A program made the translations under genes and the position numbers. Positions 24,984 through 36,848 of a stretch of 64,000 bases of DNA are shown piece after piece. The DNA lies in the NCBI RefSeq assembly GCF_018977255.1, contig NW_024704743.1, positions 108,874,001 through 108,938,000 on the forward strand, given 5' to 3'. The notes beneath the pieces were generated by a model that saw nothing but the letters and a program-made list of their open reading frames with translations, was not told the origin of the DNA and searched no databases. Every line of letters begins with the position of its first letter. Positions within the stretch are counted from its first letter, which is position 1. Source of the stretch: Callorhinchus milii (lineage: Eukaryota).

Positions 24984-25300
24984 GTCAGTCTAGCTCAGCT
25001 GGTAGCATTTTCTCTTCTGAGTCAGAAGGTTGAGGGTTCAAATCCTACATCGGGACTTAGAGCTCACAATATCGATCCGGAGCAGCATTGCATTGTCACA
25101 AGTGTCATCCTTTGGATAAGATGTTAAACCGAGGTCCCTTCTACTTGTTTAGATACACGTTAAAGATCCCATGGCACTAATTTCTGCTGTGTTCTGGCAA
25201 CAATTCTCCACTCCATTCATTCACTCCATGACTGTTTGTGGGATATTGAATGATGTGTTCACTTACAAGATAAAGTCACTACTCTTCACAGTAAAATCAT
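24984..25300 (+). mobile_element. SINE family A
   Basis: gctcagctggtagca..tctgagtcagaaggttgagggttcaaatcc head; Deu-like body. Confidence 0.82.
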
Positions 25301-25342
25301 TTGAAAGTGAAAATCTACCTGCTTGCCCTGCCTGCCTGCCTG

Positions 25343-26266
25343 CAGCTGATAAAGATGACAGCTGTTAACCCCTGCAGAGTACTGAGTCTTTTGTGAAGCT
25401 TGCTATATGGATATATTTCATGAAGGAAAATACAGGATAAGCTTCATATCACTGGGACCTGCAAACCACACATACTTTTCATTTCACCCACAAAATACAC
25501 TTTACAGTATATCCTGTGAAGCACTTTGAGACGTCTCAACAATGTGATAAGGAGCTATATCAAACGCAAAGATTTAGTTTTTGGTTATATTTGAAGGATT
25601 ATAGCTTTTGATCCTAGAACTGTTTCTGGTAATACTTCTCTCATGAGCTCAGAAACACCACTGTATCTTAGCATGTATTCAATTGTAAAGAAGGTTGTAG
25701 CTACTGACCATACATTTCGGAAACCGTCACAGTGGGGTGCACACAATTAGCTGTCTACGACCTGACAAACATCCACCAGGAATACACAATCAGCTAATAA
25801 TGACTTAACAACAATCATGATGGATTTGCTTGAACCAGGAGTCAACAGCCACAGGGGGAACCCTCCAGTGACCAGTGACATCCAGTTAGGTGGGGTAATG
25901 GAATACGTTTTGAACAATGAACTTTCCTTAGCCGCCAATCTCTGTGCAAATGCCCGGGTGTACACAGAATGTAGCAATGGTAGCAAAATACTGTATACCC
26001 ATGCTGAAAGCAGTGATTAGTAAAGGAGTCCCAAGGGTATAGATGACAGCTGATTGAGATGACGGTTGTTAACCCTGCAGAGCATTGAGTCTTCTGTGGA
26101 ACTCGTTACATTATAAAGTAAAATATAAGATAGGCTTCGTCCACTGGGACTTGTATGTTTACAAGATTATAGTTTTAGACCCTAAAACTGGTTTTGGTAA
26201 TACTTCTATCCTGAGCTCAGAAACATCATTGTAAAACCGAGGTCCCTTAGTATGTATTCAGTTTTA
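25343..26266. repeat. Diverged ~220-bp direct repeat pair (25343-25686 with a SINE insert at about 25482-25575; 26047-26266)
   Basis: Shared blocks cagctgat..agatgac, tgttaacc(c)ctgcagag, tgagtctt.tgtg, cactgggac.tg, gattatag, tggtaatacttct, tgagctcagaaaca, cttag.atgtattca. Confidence 0.85.
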
Positions 26267-26689
26267 GGTCAGCATTGCACACTCATATTGTACACCAAGG
26301 GATATTGGAAGAGGGTGGAATTTGGGGAAGTTGTAGTATGCAGGCCAAGGGAATGGTTTGGGGCAACCTTTTGATCGTAACTGGCTATGGACAAGAAAAA
26401 TTGCTTTCAAGTTAAGGCAAGAATTTTACAATGTCTTGAATCACAGAAAAAAAATCATTGTACAGCTTCCACTCCACTACCTCACTGTTGGATTGCTTGG
26501 AGATTCTATGCTACGTGAAAGGCCCTATATAAATGCAAGTTGTTATTGTTAAAATTTCAGAAAAGCCCCCAAAAGCTCTGTGACTTGTGTGCCACATTTT
26601 ATGGTAGTAATTTGAGAGCATTTTTCAATGTATTGGTCCTTGATATGGTTTACCTTTTGTCAAAATAAAGTAAAATGTATTTCAGCACT

Positions 26690-26940
26690 CTGATGCAGCG
26701 TTGAGGTGCTGCATTGTCAGAGGTGCCATCTCAGATGAGACATTAAAACTGAAGTCCCATCTGCCTACTCAGGTAGATGTTAAAAATCATTCACTTGTGG
26801 GATGTTTCTGGGTACAAATTGATTGCTGTGTTCCCCTACAAATACATAGTCATGAAAACAACAAATTTACACATACTTACACTTTTCACGTCAGCAGCAT
26901 GTTTCAAAGTGCTATATCAAATGCAAGGATCATTATGCTT
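26690..26940 (+). mobile_element. Degraded SINE family A
   Basis: gtgctgcattgtcagaggtgcc, ctcaggtagatgttaaa, tail gctatatcaaatgcaaggat. Confidence 0.72.
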
Positions 26941-28954
26941 TAATGCATCATAATACATCATCCGATCCGGACAATTTATTAAATCCCTTTAATTCTTAAA
27001 TACCAGACACACTGGCTTTAAGAAATAACTTGCAAAGATTTTCCATTTTTAAAGCACCTTACATCAAAATGTCTAAAAAATCTTTCACAATTAATTACTG
27101 TCAAGGGTAGTGAAGCATGGTTGTTGGGTCAAATGGCTTCTTTCCTCTTCTTAACATTTTTCAAGCTCAAAAGTTGCTGTGTGAGCAGTCAGTCACACAT
27201 GAGTCACAATAAGCCACAACACAGACTTTGTTTTAATGAATCACAGAAACAGACAATTGACACCAGCGTGACAGTTTCAAGTCAGCTCACATGTACCTGT
27301 GCAGCATGACTCTCTCCTGCTGTATCTGTCAATATGCAGTGACCCTTAGACAATTTCAAGAGTTAATAAGATCGCTTTGTATAGCATGTGTGTTTCCTGT
27401 TGTGTTTGATGAGCATCAAAACCAAAGCCAATCGAAAAAAAATTAAAGAGACACCACTGTGCCCATGACAAAGTGACTGGGAAACCTTTTTGGCCTGGAA
27501 GAGAAGAGGGGTTGAAGAATAGGTGCATTGATTTTAACTAATGAGATCACAAGTAATCGATTCAACGCTGTGTCCCAAACTGATCTACAGCTTTGCAGCA
27601 TTCGTGAATCAAACAAAAGACAAAGTTTGACAGAAAATAAAACATTTTCAAGGAAAATAGGGGCAGCTGCTGCATTCACCACACAACGCAGAGTTATTGC
27701 ACTTTACAGAGCACTTTCCTGTGAAGTGCGATGATACATCCTTCTGACATGAAAAGCGCTATACCAAATGTAAGGATTATTATTGTCATCCTTGTCAGGA
27801 TTGTGAATATTGCATCTTGTTAATAACTGAGCTTAAAAAGATGAACTCCATTTGGAGCAAGAGAGCATTGCGTCAGAGCTGAGTCCCACAGGTCAACGTG
27901 AAAAATATCCAGCTAGCAACATAATTCAATATTTACGGACCTTTGAAAATTCTCTGTGACTCCTGCCTTTGAGGTTCCTTTAAATGCTTCAGCGCTGATA
28001 ATGAAGTCGATGCTCCCTTAAGACTTTTTTTTTGTTCTCTGAGGAATCGAAGCATCCACACAGTAAACCACAAAGAGAAATTGATTCAACAAATTGGGCA
28101 ATGGTTTGTTAATAATTAATAGTTTGTTTCTAAACGTCATCCTACTTGGTTATAACAACTCAGATCCATTACAACCTGTCTTATGTACGGCCAGCACTTA
28201 TTTTTTGGTCTTTATTAGAGAGGTGTAAACCAGATCCATCTAATCTGTAATGATGAAAAGCTTTTCAGAATTGAAATAAGCTGAAGAAAGCGAAGATATG
28301 CAGAAAAGAATGCTGATCAAAAAAGCAAAAGAGGTGATTTTATTTGTTTGAGGTGTTATCCTAAAGGAGAAAAGAGGACTTGGAATGTGAAGCATCATAA
28401 AAGATTCATGTGAATAACTACATTAGCAATAAAGATAACGTACAGTGGCTGCTGCTGGATGATTGCACAGAGGAAATTGAAATCTCAGTGGTTTATAGAT
28501 TATAATCATTAAATATGCTTTCTACAAAGGTTGTTGTCTAACAACCTCTCAGTAAATATTATGGAAAATATTCTCATGGAAAGAAAATTTACTCAAAAGA
28601 ATAAATTTTGCAAGAACGTAATTACAACAAGAGGAGATAGGCTGAGTGATAGCAATGCTGAAACCATGGTGTGCAAGACACATTGCTTCTGAACACATTG
28701 CTTATCAGTTTGTATTCTACATTTATTTACTAGGTGCAAAATGTGTGGCTGCTGCAAGGTCAACGGCAAAGTTGGATATCAGTGAAAGTTCTTTGTCGTC
28801 AGCCAGCGGGCCTGGTTGTCATCCCTGCTTGGGGTACATTTAGCTTCACTTAACCCACCAAACGTTATCCGGAGGTGAAGCCCTCTCCCCAAAACCATTT
28901 TCAATGTTGACCCGTGAAGCATTGGAAATCTGTCATAGACTCAAAGTTGTTTCA

Positions 28955-29125
28955 GATGAAGAAGGTCCTTCGGCCCATCTAATCTCATTCTTCCAGAACA
29001 CCCACCCCACTGTTCTCCCATTACAGCTTCTTTTCAAAATGAAATCAGTGTCCATGCTTCAGCTACCCTTCCCAGCAAGCTGTTCCAGTTGTTAGTTGCT
29101 CTCCAGGTAAAGAAAAACGTCTTGA
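28955..29125 (-). mobile_element. Old CR1 3' end
   Basis: gaaggtccttcggcccatc...agctgttccagttgttagttgctctc..gtaaagaaaaac (reverse of FF..RA.NNWNSL); related pieces at about 6005-6130 and 20905-21005. Confidence 0.6.
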
Positions 29126-29391
29126 TGGCTTGCAGACGTCTAGTGTTTTGCATGATACCAGATGTTCGGTTACACTGGCCTTCATAGGATATCATATCAT
29201 GTCAGAGGGTTCCATATAGAAATAATCACTGTGCTTTTTAGTACAATCGTGGCTTCAAATGTTTGTGTAAGCAGGTTTGATACAGCTACAAACTTTCACA
29301 AATCCAGCTTTGGTTATGACGCAGTGTAAGCATCGTCCTGGATTAAGGTGGGAGCCTACCTTTGATTTGTGTTAGTGTCTCTTAACAATAT

Positions 29392-29628
29392 ACAACAACA
29401 ACAAGATTCCATTTATAGAGCACCTTTCACAAAAGGAGGACGTCCCAAGGCGCTGTACAGTTGGGTCAGGACCCGAGCAAGGGGGAAATGGTCATGGTGA
29501 GGGGAGGGAAGGGAGGGAGCGAGGAGGGGGGAGAGAGTCGAGAGGGGAGCTAAAGGCATGGTCAAAGAGAAAGGTCTTGAGACGGCCTTGAAGGAGGAAA
29601 GGGAGGAGGCGGCGAAGGCACTGGGGGA
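29392..29628 (-). mobile_element. L2 3' end, same young subfamily as 10755-11904
   Basis: Near-identical tail caacaagattccatttatagagc and [19 protein letters not shown] terminus. Confidence 0.92.
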
Positions 29629-30484
29629 TATAGGAATCAGTGCAGTGGCACCAGCATGCTTTAATAAACCGAGTGTAAATAAACAGTGGGGTCAGCTCCA
29701 TGTTTACCCAATGCTAAAGGCAACCTCTGCAAAGTCCGCAGTCATTAAGACTCCGAGTGACTAATTCTACCAGAGTCAAGATGAGTATACAGATAGACAA
29801 ACTCAATTGCTTTTGTCTGATCAACTTTGTTTTCTTGAAACCTACATTTTACTTTTTCTGGATCTCTGCTGTCAGATATGTTCTAGGGAACAACAGAGAA
29901 GGGCAAATAGTTATAGCTTTGTATTTGTTCTGATGGCTTCTGAAAAATGTGTTTAATGAGCATTGCTCCTGTAATTCCAAAAAGCCTTGGATGGCAAATT
30001 CAGATTAGCAGCAAGAGCTGCCGTATAATCCAGCTCCATCCAGGCTGCAAGAGATCTAATTAAAACCGATGTACCAATTTAGTCATGTCTTCATCACAGG
30101 TGGGTCTGAATTAATGGGAAAATGGAAGTAAATTACCTACATTTGGCATGTCCAGATTGGTGGGCTAATCTGTCAGCACTGACATGCGATAAACACTGCA
30201 AGGTAACCTTCTTATTTTTTTTCCAAAAGTAGCTCGTGTTTGGACCAAATTTCTTTGCCACTTTGGAGCAGAGCAGCAAATGCAAGCTTAACCAAGCAAA
30301 TCTATAAACTCTCTGTCAGCTGTCTTCAATTTAGGCAATGAAACTGGCCCTCATATTTTTCATAGTACATTCAGACATTGAGGTTGGAAAAACATTTTGA
30401 ATGGTGTTACTGCAAGAAAAACACTACATTAAATAAATTATGTTTTCTGCAAGGAACACCCCTCCCTCATACGTCACTTCATGT

Positions 30485-30775
30485 AGAATTACACAGAATG
30501 ACACTTCACAGAAACAGGCTATTCAGCCCAACCAGTCCATTGTGGTGTTTATACTCCACACAAACCTCCCACTCCCCTCTTCTATAACCCTCTATTCCCT
30601 TCTCCCTCACGTACGCATCAAGTTCCCTTAAATTCATTGATGCTTTTTGCTTCAACCACAGCTTCCAGTAGTTAGTCCCACACTCATCACCCTCTGCATG
30701 AAGACATTCCTCCTAAATTCCCTATTAGATTTAAGTCTAGCTATCTTACATTTATGCTCCCTTGTTTTGGACTCA
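30485..30775 (-). mobile_element. CR1-type 3' end fragment
   Basis: acagaaacaggctattcagcccaaccagtcc; related copies at about 45630-45745 (-) and 62205-62400 (+). Confidence 0.65.
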
Positions 30776-32302
30776 CTTCAACCCAGAAGACTGTGGGGTT
30801 CCTGATAGTTGGCATCACAGATTGCAGTAAGAAATCCATTAATAAATACTGCAAAATTGGTTCCAATTGGCTACTGGTATGATTTTGGACATTTTAATAA
30901 CCTTGTGATTTAAAGATGTAGATTTAAACCTTTGAAAGGAGTCCAACAATTTTCTGTTTATGCCAGTGGGCCACAACTGATTTATTCCTCCTGTTTAAGT
31001 TTATTTTCAACCAAATCAGGATTCAGTACGTTCACTTCCTGTCCGATACACCACATATGAAATACAGAAACTTTGTTATTGAACTTATAAAGATGGAGTT
31101 TGTTTACTCACATGACCTATGCCCAGTTTATACTGCTGGAAGTGATTTGTTTCAGTGCTTCAGCAGCAATGCAATTAGGAGTGGGAGGCCCGATACATAT
31201 GAACTGCTCCCTTTGCTCTCGCCAGCGTATGTGAATGTGCACCATGAAGAAAGCTCCTCTAACCAGCGCCAAACATGAATCAATTGTAATGCTATTAAGA
31301 AACCCATTGAGGCCTGAAATCTCTTGTGGTCTTAGCCCAAAGACAATTACCTTCAAATTATTTTAAAATGTAACATTTTTACTCCAAAATAATAACATCA
31401 AAATAGTCCATTGTAAAAAGTTCATTTGTGGTCCAAATCGAAGCCCACAAATTGTACTTATACTGAATCGTGGCCTGCAAGAAACATTTCCTCGAGGTGC
31501 TCTGAGCAGCCTGGCTCAGCACAAACCACCGCACCTCAAACTCGATTTAGGCTGCGTGGTTGACATTGATTCAATATGAAAAGCTCGGTATACGCTAGGC
31601 ATCACTGGTCACTTATTAATTTGCCGCCTGAATCTGAACCTTTTCACTGACTGTACCATTACAATCTGACGGTGCAGAGAAACATCACTGCTATACTTTT
31701 CTTTCATTAGTGGTCGGTAAATGGGATATTTAAACTACCTCGTGAGGTTGCACCAGCAGATTTGCTTACCACAGAGTGCATTGAATTAAGGAATGTTCTT
31801 TGTTTATGGAGAGTTTTACGAGCCTCTTTAGACTGTTAAAACAATTTTGTAGATATTTGTAGATATGAAAACAAATGTGAACAAAGCTACAACCATCTTA
31901 ATACTTAACAGATTAAGAGGGCAGTAAAATGTATTGTATGTTTAAATAATAAGGTGTTTCAAGTTGCAGTTGTGTGTTATTCAACCCTTATGATGCTAAA
32001 CAACACATGCTTTGAATTTAACAATCTGATAATATTCAACACATCAATTGATCAATTGGCTCCTGGTATATTAGCGATGGATCTCCTCTACCCCCACCCA
32101 TCTCCTTCATTGTCCTTCACAATCACAAAATTGACTTGAGTAAAGATACTCCTTCGATCCATTCAATCTCATCCTTCTGGGAAATTTATCCTGCATCAAA
32201 GTATCACAATGGTTGCACCAAGAAACTGACTCCGCCATACATTGGTCTTGCTGTCAGTCACCATTATAACAGTACATTCAGTGATTTAGATATTCAATGA
32301 AA

Positions 32303-33590
32303 AACAACAAAATTACATTTGTATTGAACCTTTCACATCAGGAGGATGTCCCAAGGCACTGGACAGTCAGAGTTTCAGACCCAAAAAGGGGGTCGGGATT
32401 GGGGAGGGTGGAGGGCAGAAGGGGAAGCAGGATTGAAAGCACGGTCAAAGAGAAGGGTCCTGAGATGGGTTTTGAAGGAGGCAAGTGAGGGGGCGAGGTG
32501 GAGGGACTGGGGAATGGAGTTCCAATGGTGGGGCAGAGTGGCAGAAGGCCTGCCCGCCAATGGTGAGGCGGGGGAGGCGGGGGACGTGAAGCAGGCTGGA
32601 GCCCGCTGAGCGGAGGGAGCGGGTTGGATGATAGGGGTTAGGAGGTTGCAGAGGTAGGGGGGAGCAAGGCCATGGAGGGCTTTGAAGGTGAGGACCAGGA
32701 ACCAGGTTCTTGAACTGTATCCTCTGTGTGATAGGAAGCCAGTGGAGTCAGGCGAGGAAGGGGCTGATAGGGTCCTGGAGCCTGGTGAGGGACAGGACAC
32801 AGGCTGCAGAGTTCTGGATGATCTGCAACCTACGGATGGAGGAGTTGAGGAGGCCAACAAGCAAGGAGTTTGCATAGTCTCGATGTTATGAATGCGCGTA
32901 TGAGGGTTTCGGCGCTGCAGTGATAGACAGTGGTGGAGCCGGGCAATGTTGCACGGGTGGGGGAAGACAGAGTGGGTCATGGCATGGATGTGGGGTAGAA
33001 AGGATAGTTGAGGATGAAACAAGAGGCCAAGGATCCGGACTGGCTTAGTAAGGTGGAATGTGCATCCATGGATGGTGATGCTGTCAGGGGCTGAGGTGTG
33101 GAGGCGCTGACAGGAGCAAATCAGGAGAGCCTCAGTCTTATTGACGTTCAACTGTAGAAAGTTAGCTCTCATCCAGGACTTCATGTCTGACAGATATTCT
33201 GTCAGGACAGCAGTGGTCCTGGAGTCAAGGGTGGAGGCAGAGAGATAGAGTTGACCCCATGTCTGTGGATGATGTCAGCAAGAGGGAGCACATAAATATT
33301 GAAGAGGAGGGGACCAAGGACAGAGCGCTGAGGAACGCCAGCGCGGGGGCTAGAGGAGAAAAGGTTTGTGGAGATGAAGTGGAGGTGGTGTGAGAGGTAT
33401 GATCTGAAACATTCAAGGACAGAACCATGAAGGTTGAGGTGAGAGGAGAGGCGTTGGATGAGGATAGAGTGGTCAACGGTGACGAAGGCAGCAAAGAGGT
33501 CAAGGAGGACGAGAAAGCAGAGGGAGCCCTGGGTGGAGATGGAGATAGTCATTTGTCACTTTGACCAGGGCTGTTTCTATGGTGTGGGAG
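32303..33590 (-). mobile_element. 5'-truncated, degraded L2 LINE
   Basis: [55 protein letters not shown]2 tail. Confidence 0.95.
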
Positions 33591-35252
33591 TAAGTAAGGA
33601 GGCTATCATCTTACTAATATGAACTGCAGTTTCAAATCCAAGTCTAAGAGGTAAACCCAGCGTAGGATCCAACCATTTCCATACCAGTCCCACCCTCTCT
33701 ATAAGGCGTGTTTGAGGAGTTCTACAAAAAACAGTTTCAGTAAAGGATTTGGAAGAAGTCTAATGTCTAGAATTAGACATAATTCTATTATTCACCCATT
33801 CGATATAAGAAAGAGTCATTCCTGATATTGTTCACGTAAGACACTTTTGATCTAGCAAATGTAAACAATTCATTTAAGATAGAATAGCATAAAATCTGCA
33901 GCATCAGAACAAGCCATTCGACCAAACTTGATATTCTTTTCTTTAAAAGGGTGCAGTCATTTATTAATCCAAACTGTATATACTGTATTTCTCTCATGTT
34001 AAATCTATTGCCTTGACAGTATATCACAGCAGCAATCTCTCTTGCTAATTTGAAGCTGGTTGGAATCTAACCAGTCGCTTTCTTCTTGTAGCGGACCGAT
34101 TCTCTAAGATACTGGCAAATGTCAAATTATATATTGTACTCTACCTGCACATTACATAGTCACTACAATGAGACATGAATGATGAAATGTCATGGTGTAC
34201 AGTAGTATTCTGCTAATTGACTGAAAATTCCATCTGTTAAAAATTTGTAATTAAATTAGATATCTAACGTCGCTGACCTCCATATTTAACATATAAATCA
34301 CACGTTTTCCTTGTATTTGCATCCTTTTAAAGTTTAGCTGTTGCATATCTTCAAACTCAGAGTGTTGCAATGTCACGCTGAATTCAAGACACTTTGGGTC
34401 CACAAATTGTTTTCTTCTCAGCAATTGATGGGATTCAAATCGGCTGTGTGAAGCTCCGTTGAGAAACTTCCATGTATGCCAAATCAAAAGTAACCATCAC
34501 ATTTTATGAATATTTAACACTATAGTCATGACAAATAAAGCAACTAATTAGTACTTACCATAAATTTGCAAAGCATTACTTTTATGTGAATCTGATCCTC
34601 TTTCATATGAATTATTCAGTATGTTATTATAGGTTGCTAATTTAAATTGGTAAATATTAAATTGTAATTGTCTTGATTTGCCTTTCTATGGTTTGTGCTG
34701 CTGATATTGTAAAAATAGACTGCTTCCCTTTTTTTTCTGTCTTTAACCAGTTCCCTGCTGACCCTATTAGAATTTTGCTATTAATCCTTACATTTAAGTA
34801 AGAGTAAAGTTGAGTGGTTCTGAATTGAACCAATTATTCAATATAGTCCACATTTGCAAATTACTGCTATACTGACACTTCCTAGAGCATTGCTGGTGAC
34901 AGAAGATTAAAAGGAAATGGTTAAGCTTTGCTGTTAGTTTCCTTAAGACGAAAAGGTAAGAAACCTCATTGTCAGGTTTATTTTCATCTGTATCACACTG
35001 CTGCAATTGTGAAATGGACAGGGGTGCTCCATTCAGAAGGGAGTTTCTCCCAGTCTCCTGGCCAACAATTCTCCAGATAAAAATTGGTAATTCACTTCAT
35101 AGATGTTTTTGGGGCATTGCTGTACCCTGGGATTTTGAAGTGGTATTCCTTATAGATCCATTGTTACAGCCTCACGTATGATTATCAGAGATAGAGGGGA
35201 AACGAATGGTAGAAACATACACAGTAATATAGGGGCACATTTTGTGGTCATC

Positions 35253-35650
35253 CTTAATCCATTCCTTGTGTTAATACAATACCGCTTAACCTATTCCTTG
35301 TGTTAACCTTATGTAAGTTACCTTACTCCACATGCCTCTGTTTAACTAACAATAAGTAGGAACATGGTTGTTAGGCGTTTCGCGGATGGCTTTCCGGGGG
35401 TAATAATCCCTTCAAGAAAAAGTGATATGGTCACTCAATCCATGACTGTTTGTGGGACACTGCTGTGTACAATAGGCTGCCACGTTTCACCCACAGTCAG
35501 TTCACTTTACAGTATATTCTGTGAAGTGTTGTGAGATGTCTCAACGACTTGATAAGACGCTATATCAAAAATTCTTTAATCGATTCCTTGTGTTGGCATG
35601 ATGTTGCTTAACCTGTTTCCTATGTTAACATAATATTACTTAACCTGTTA
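35253..35650. repeat. Degenerate ~32-bp minisatellite split by a SINE
   Basis: Units cttaa(t/c)c(c/t)attccttgtgttaa at about 35253 and 35285, resuming at about 35576, 35608 and 35639 after the SINE. Confidence 0.7.
35312..35570 (+). mobile_element. SINE family B long variant (extended CORE-like segment + Deu-like segment + tail)
   Basis: aagttaccttactccacatgcctctgttt...ggggtaataatccc...gactgtttgtgggacactgctgtg...cgctatatcaaa. Confidence 0.8.
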
Positions 35651-36389
35651 TTCACAATGATCAGGTTAAGGAATATCATAAATAATACATGTAGTGAATG
35701 TGTGTAACATTGGTATATATTACTAGTGAGGATTGTCACTGGTGCAGATGAGCATTTCACACTTGCCTATTACCTATTGTAACACAAATGGTAATGTAAT
35801 TGCATAGTGATTCTTAGCTACTGATGAGAGTTAAGATGCTTCCTGGCATTGCGAGGACCTTAAATTACAGTGCAGTAGTCGTTGTGAAATATTAACAAGC
35901 ACCTCACTGATTAAACACCACCGCTTAAGTCATAAATACTAGGTTATTAGTTTGCCTATAATTTTGTTTCAGTGTGTGAGAGGAATACATTTACATATCA
36001 TACACATGAAGCATTCTTCACTTCAAACTGAACTTCCTTACCGCCTCATCAAAGGTGTAATATAAAGCAGAACATGAAATCATTCCTCACTCAACAAATC
36101 TCTACATGGGGTCTGCCTGCTAATCTCAAAATATATTTAAAAATTATAATCAAAACCTCCAATTATGTATCTTTTTTTTAAAAAAATGTGCTGTCTGGGT
36201 AGCCGATGCTGCACTTAAATGGGTCTTGATTGTATCTCCCACAGGCCCTTGATGATGGACTGTATAACTTTTAAATGGCTCAGGTTTTTAACCATGATTT
36301 CACCAGATGGTTAGGTTTGCTTTTCCCCACCAACTACTCAGAGTCCTTCCTTTGTTTACACACTGCCAAGCATCTTGTTACCCTATTAA

Positions 36390-36848
36390 ATAATAATAAT
36401 CCTTCAGTTTGATATAGCACTTATCACATCATTCATTTAATTCAAATTTTATATGAAATAAAATTTCATATATTTTGAAATATCTCAAAACACTTCAAAG
36501 TGTAGTGATTGTATATTTGTAGATGATTGTGGCAGCCAATTTGCACACCGCAATGTCCCACAAACAGCCATGAAGTGAATAACCCATTTTATCTTTGAGA
36601 AGAAGATTGTTGCTCAGGGAATCAAGAGATGAACTATTGTCTCTTTTCAAATAGTGCTATGGAAACTTAAACAACCAGTTGAAATGGTAGACAGAACCTC
36701 AGTTAATATGTTATCCTCTGACAATGCAGCACATCTTCAATACTGTACTGGGTGTCAGCCTAGACTATGAGCTCAAAGTCCTGACTTGGGGGTTGAACCC
36801 ATAGCCTTCTGACTCAGAGGTGAGAATATTACCAACTGAGGCAGACTG
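36390..36848 (-). mobile_element. SINE family A, near full length
   Basis: Reverse tail, Deu core ggcagccaatttgcacac, head ccttctgactcagagg...ccaactgag. Confidence 0.85.
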
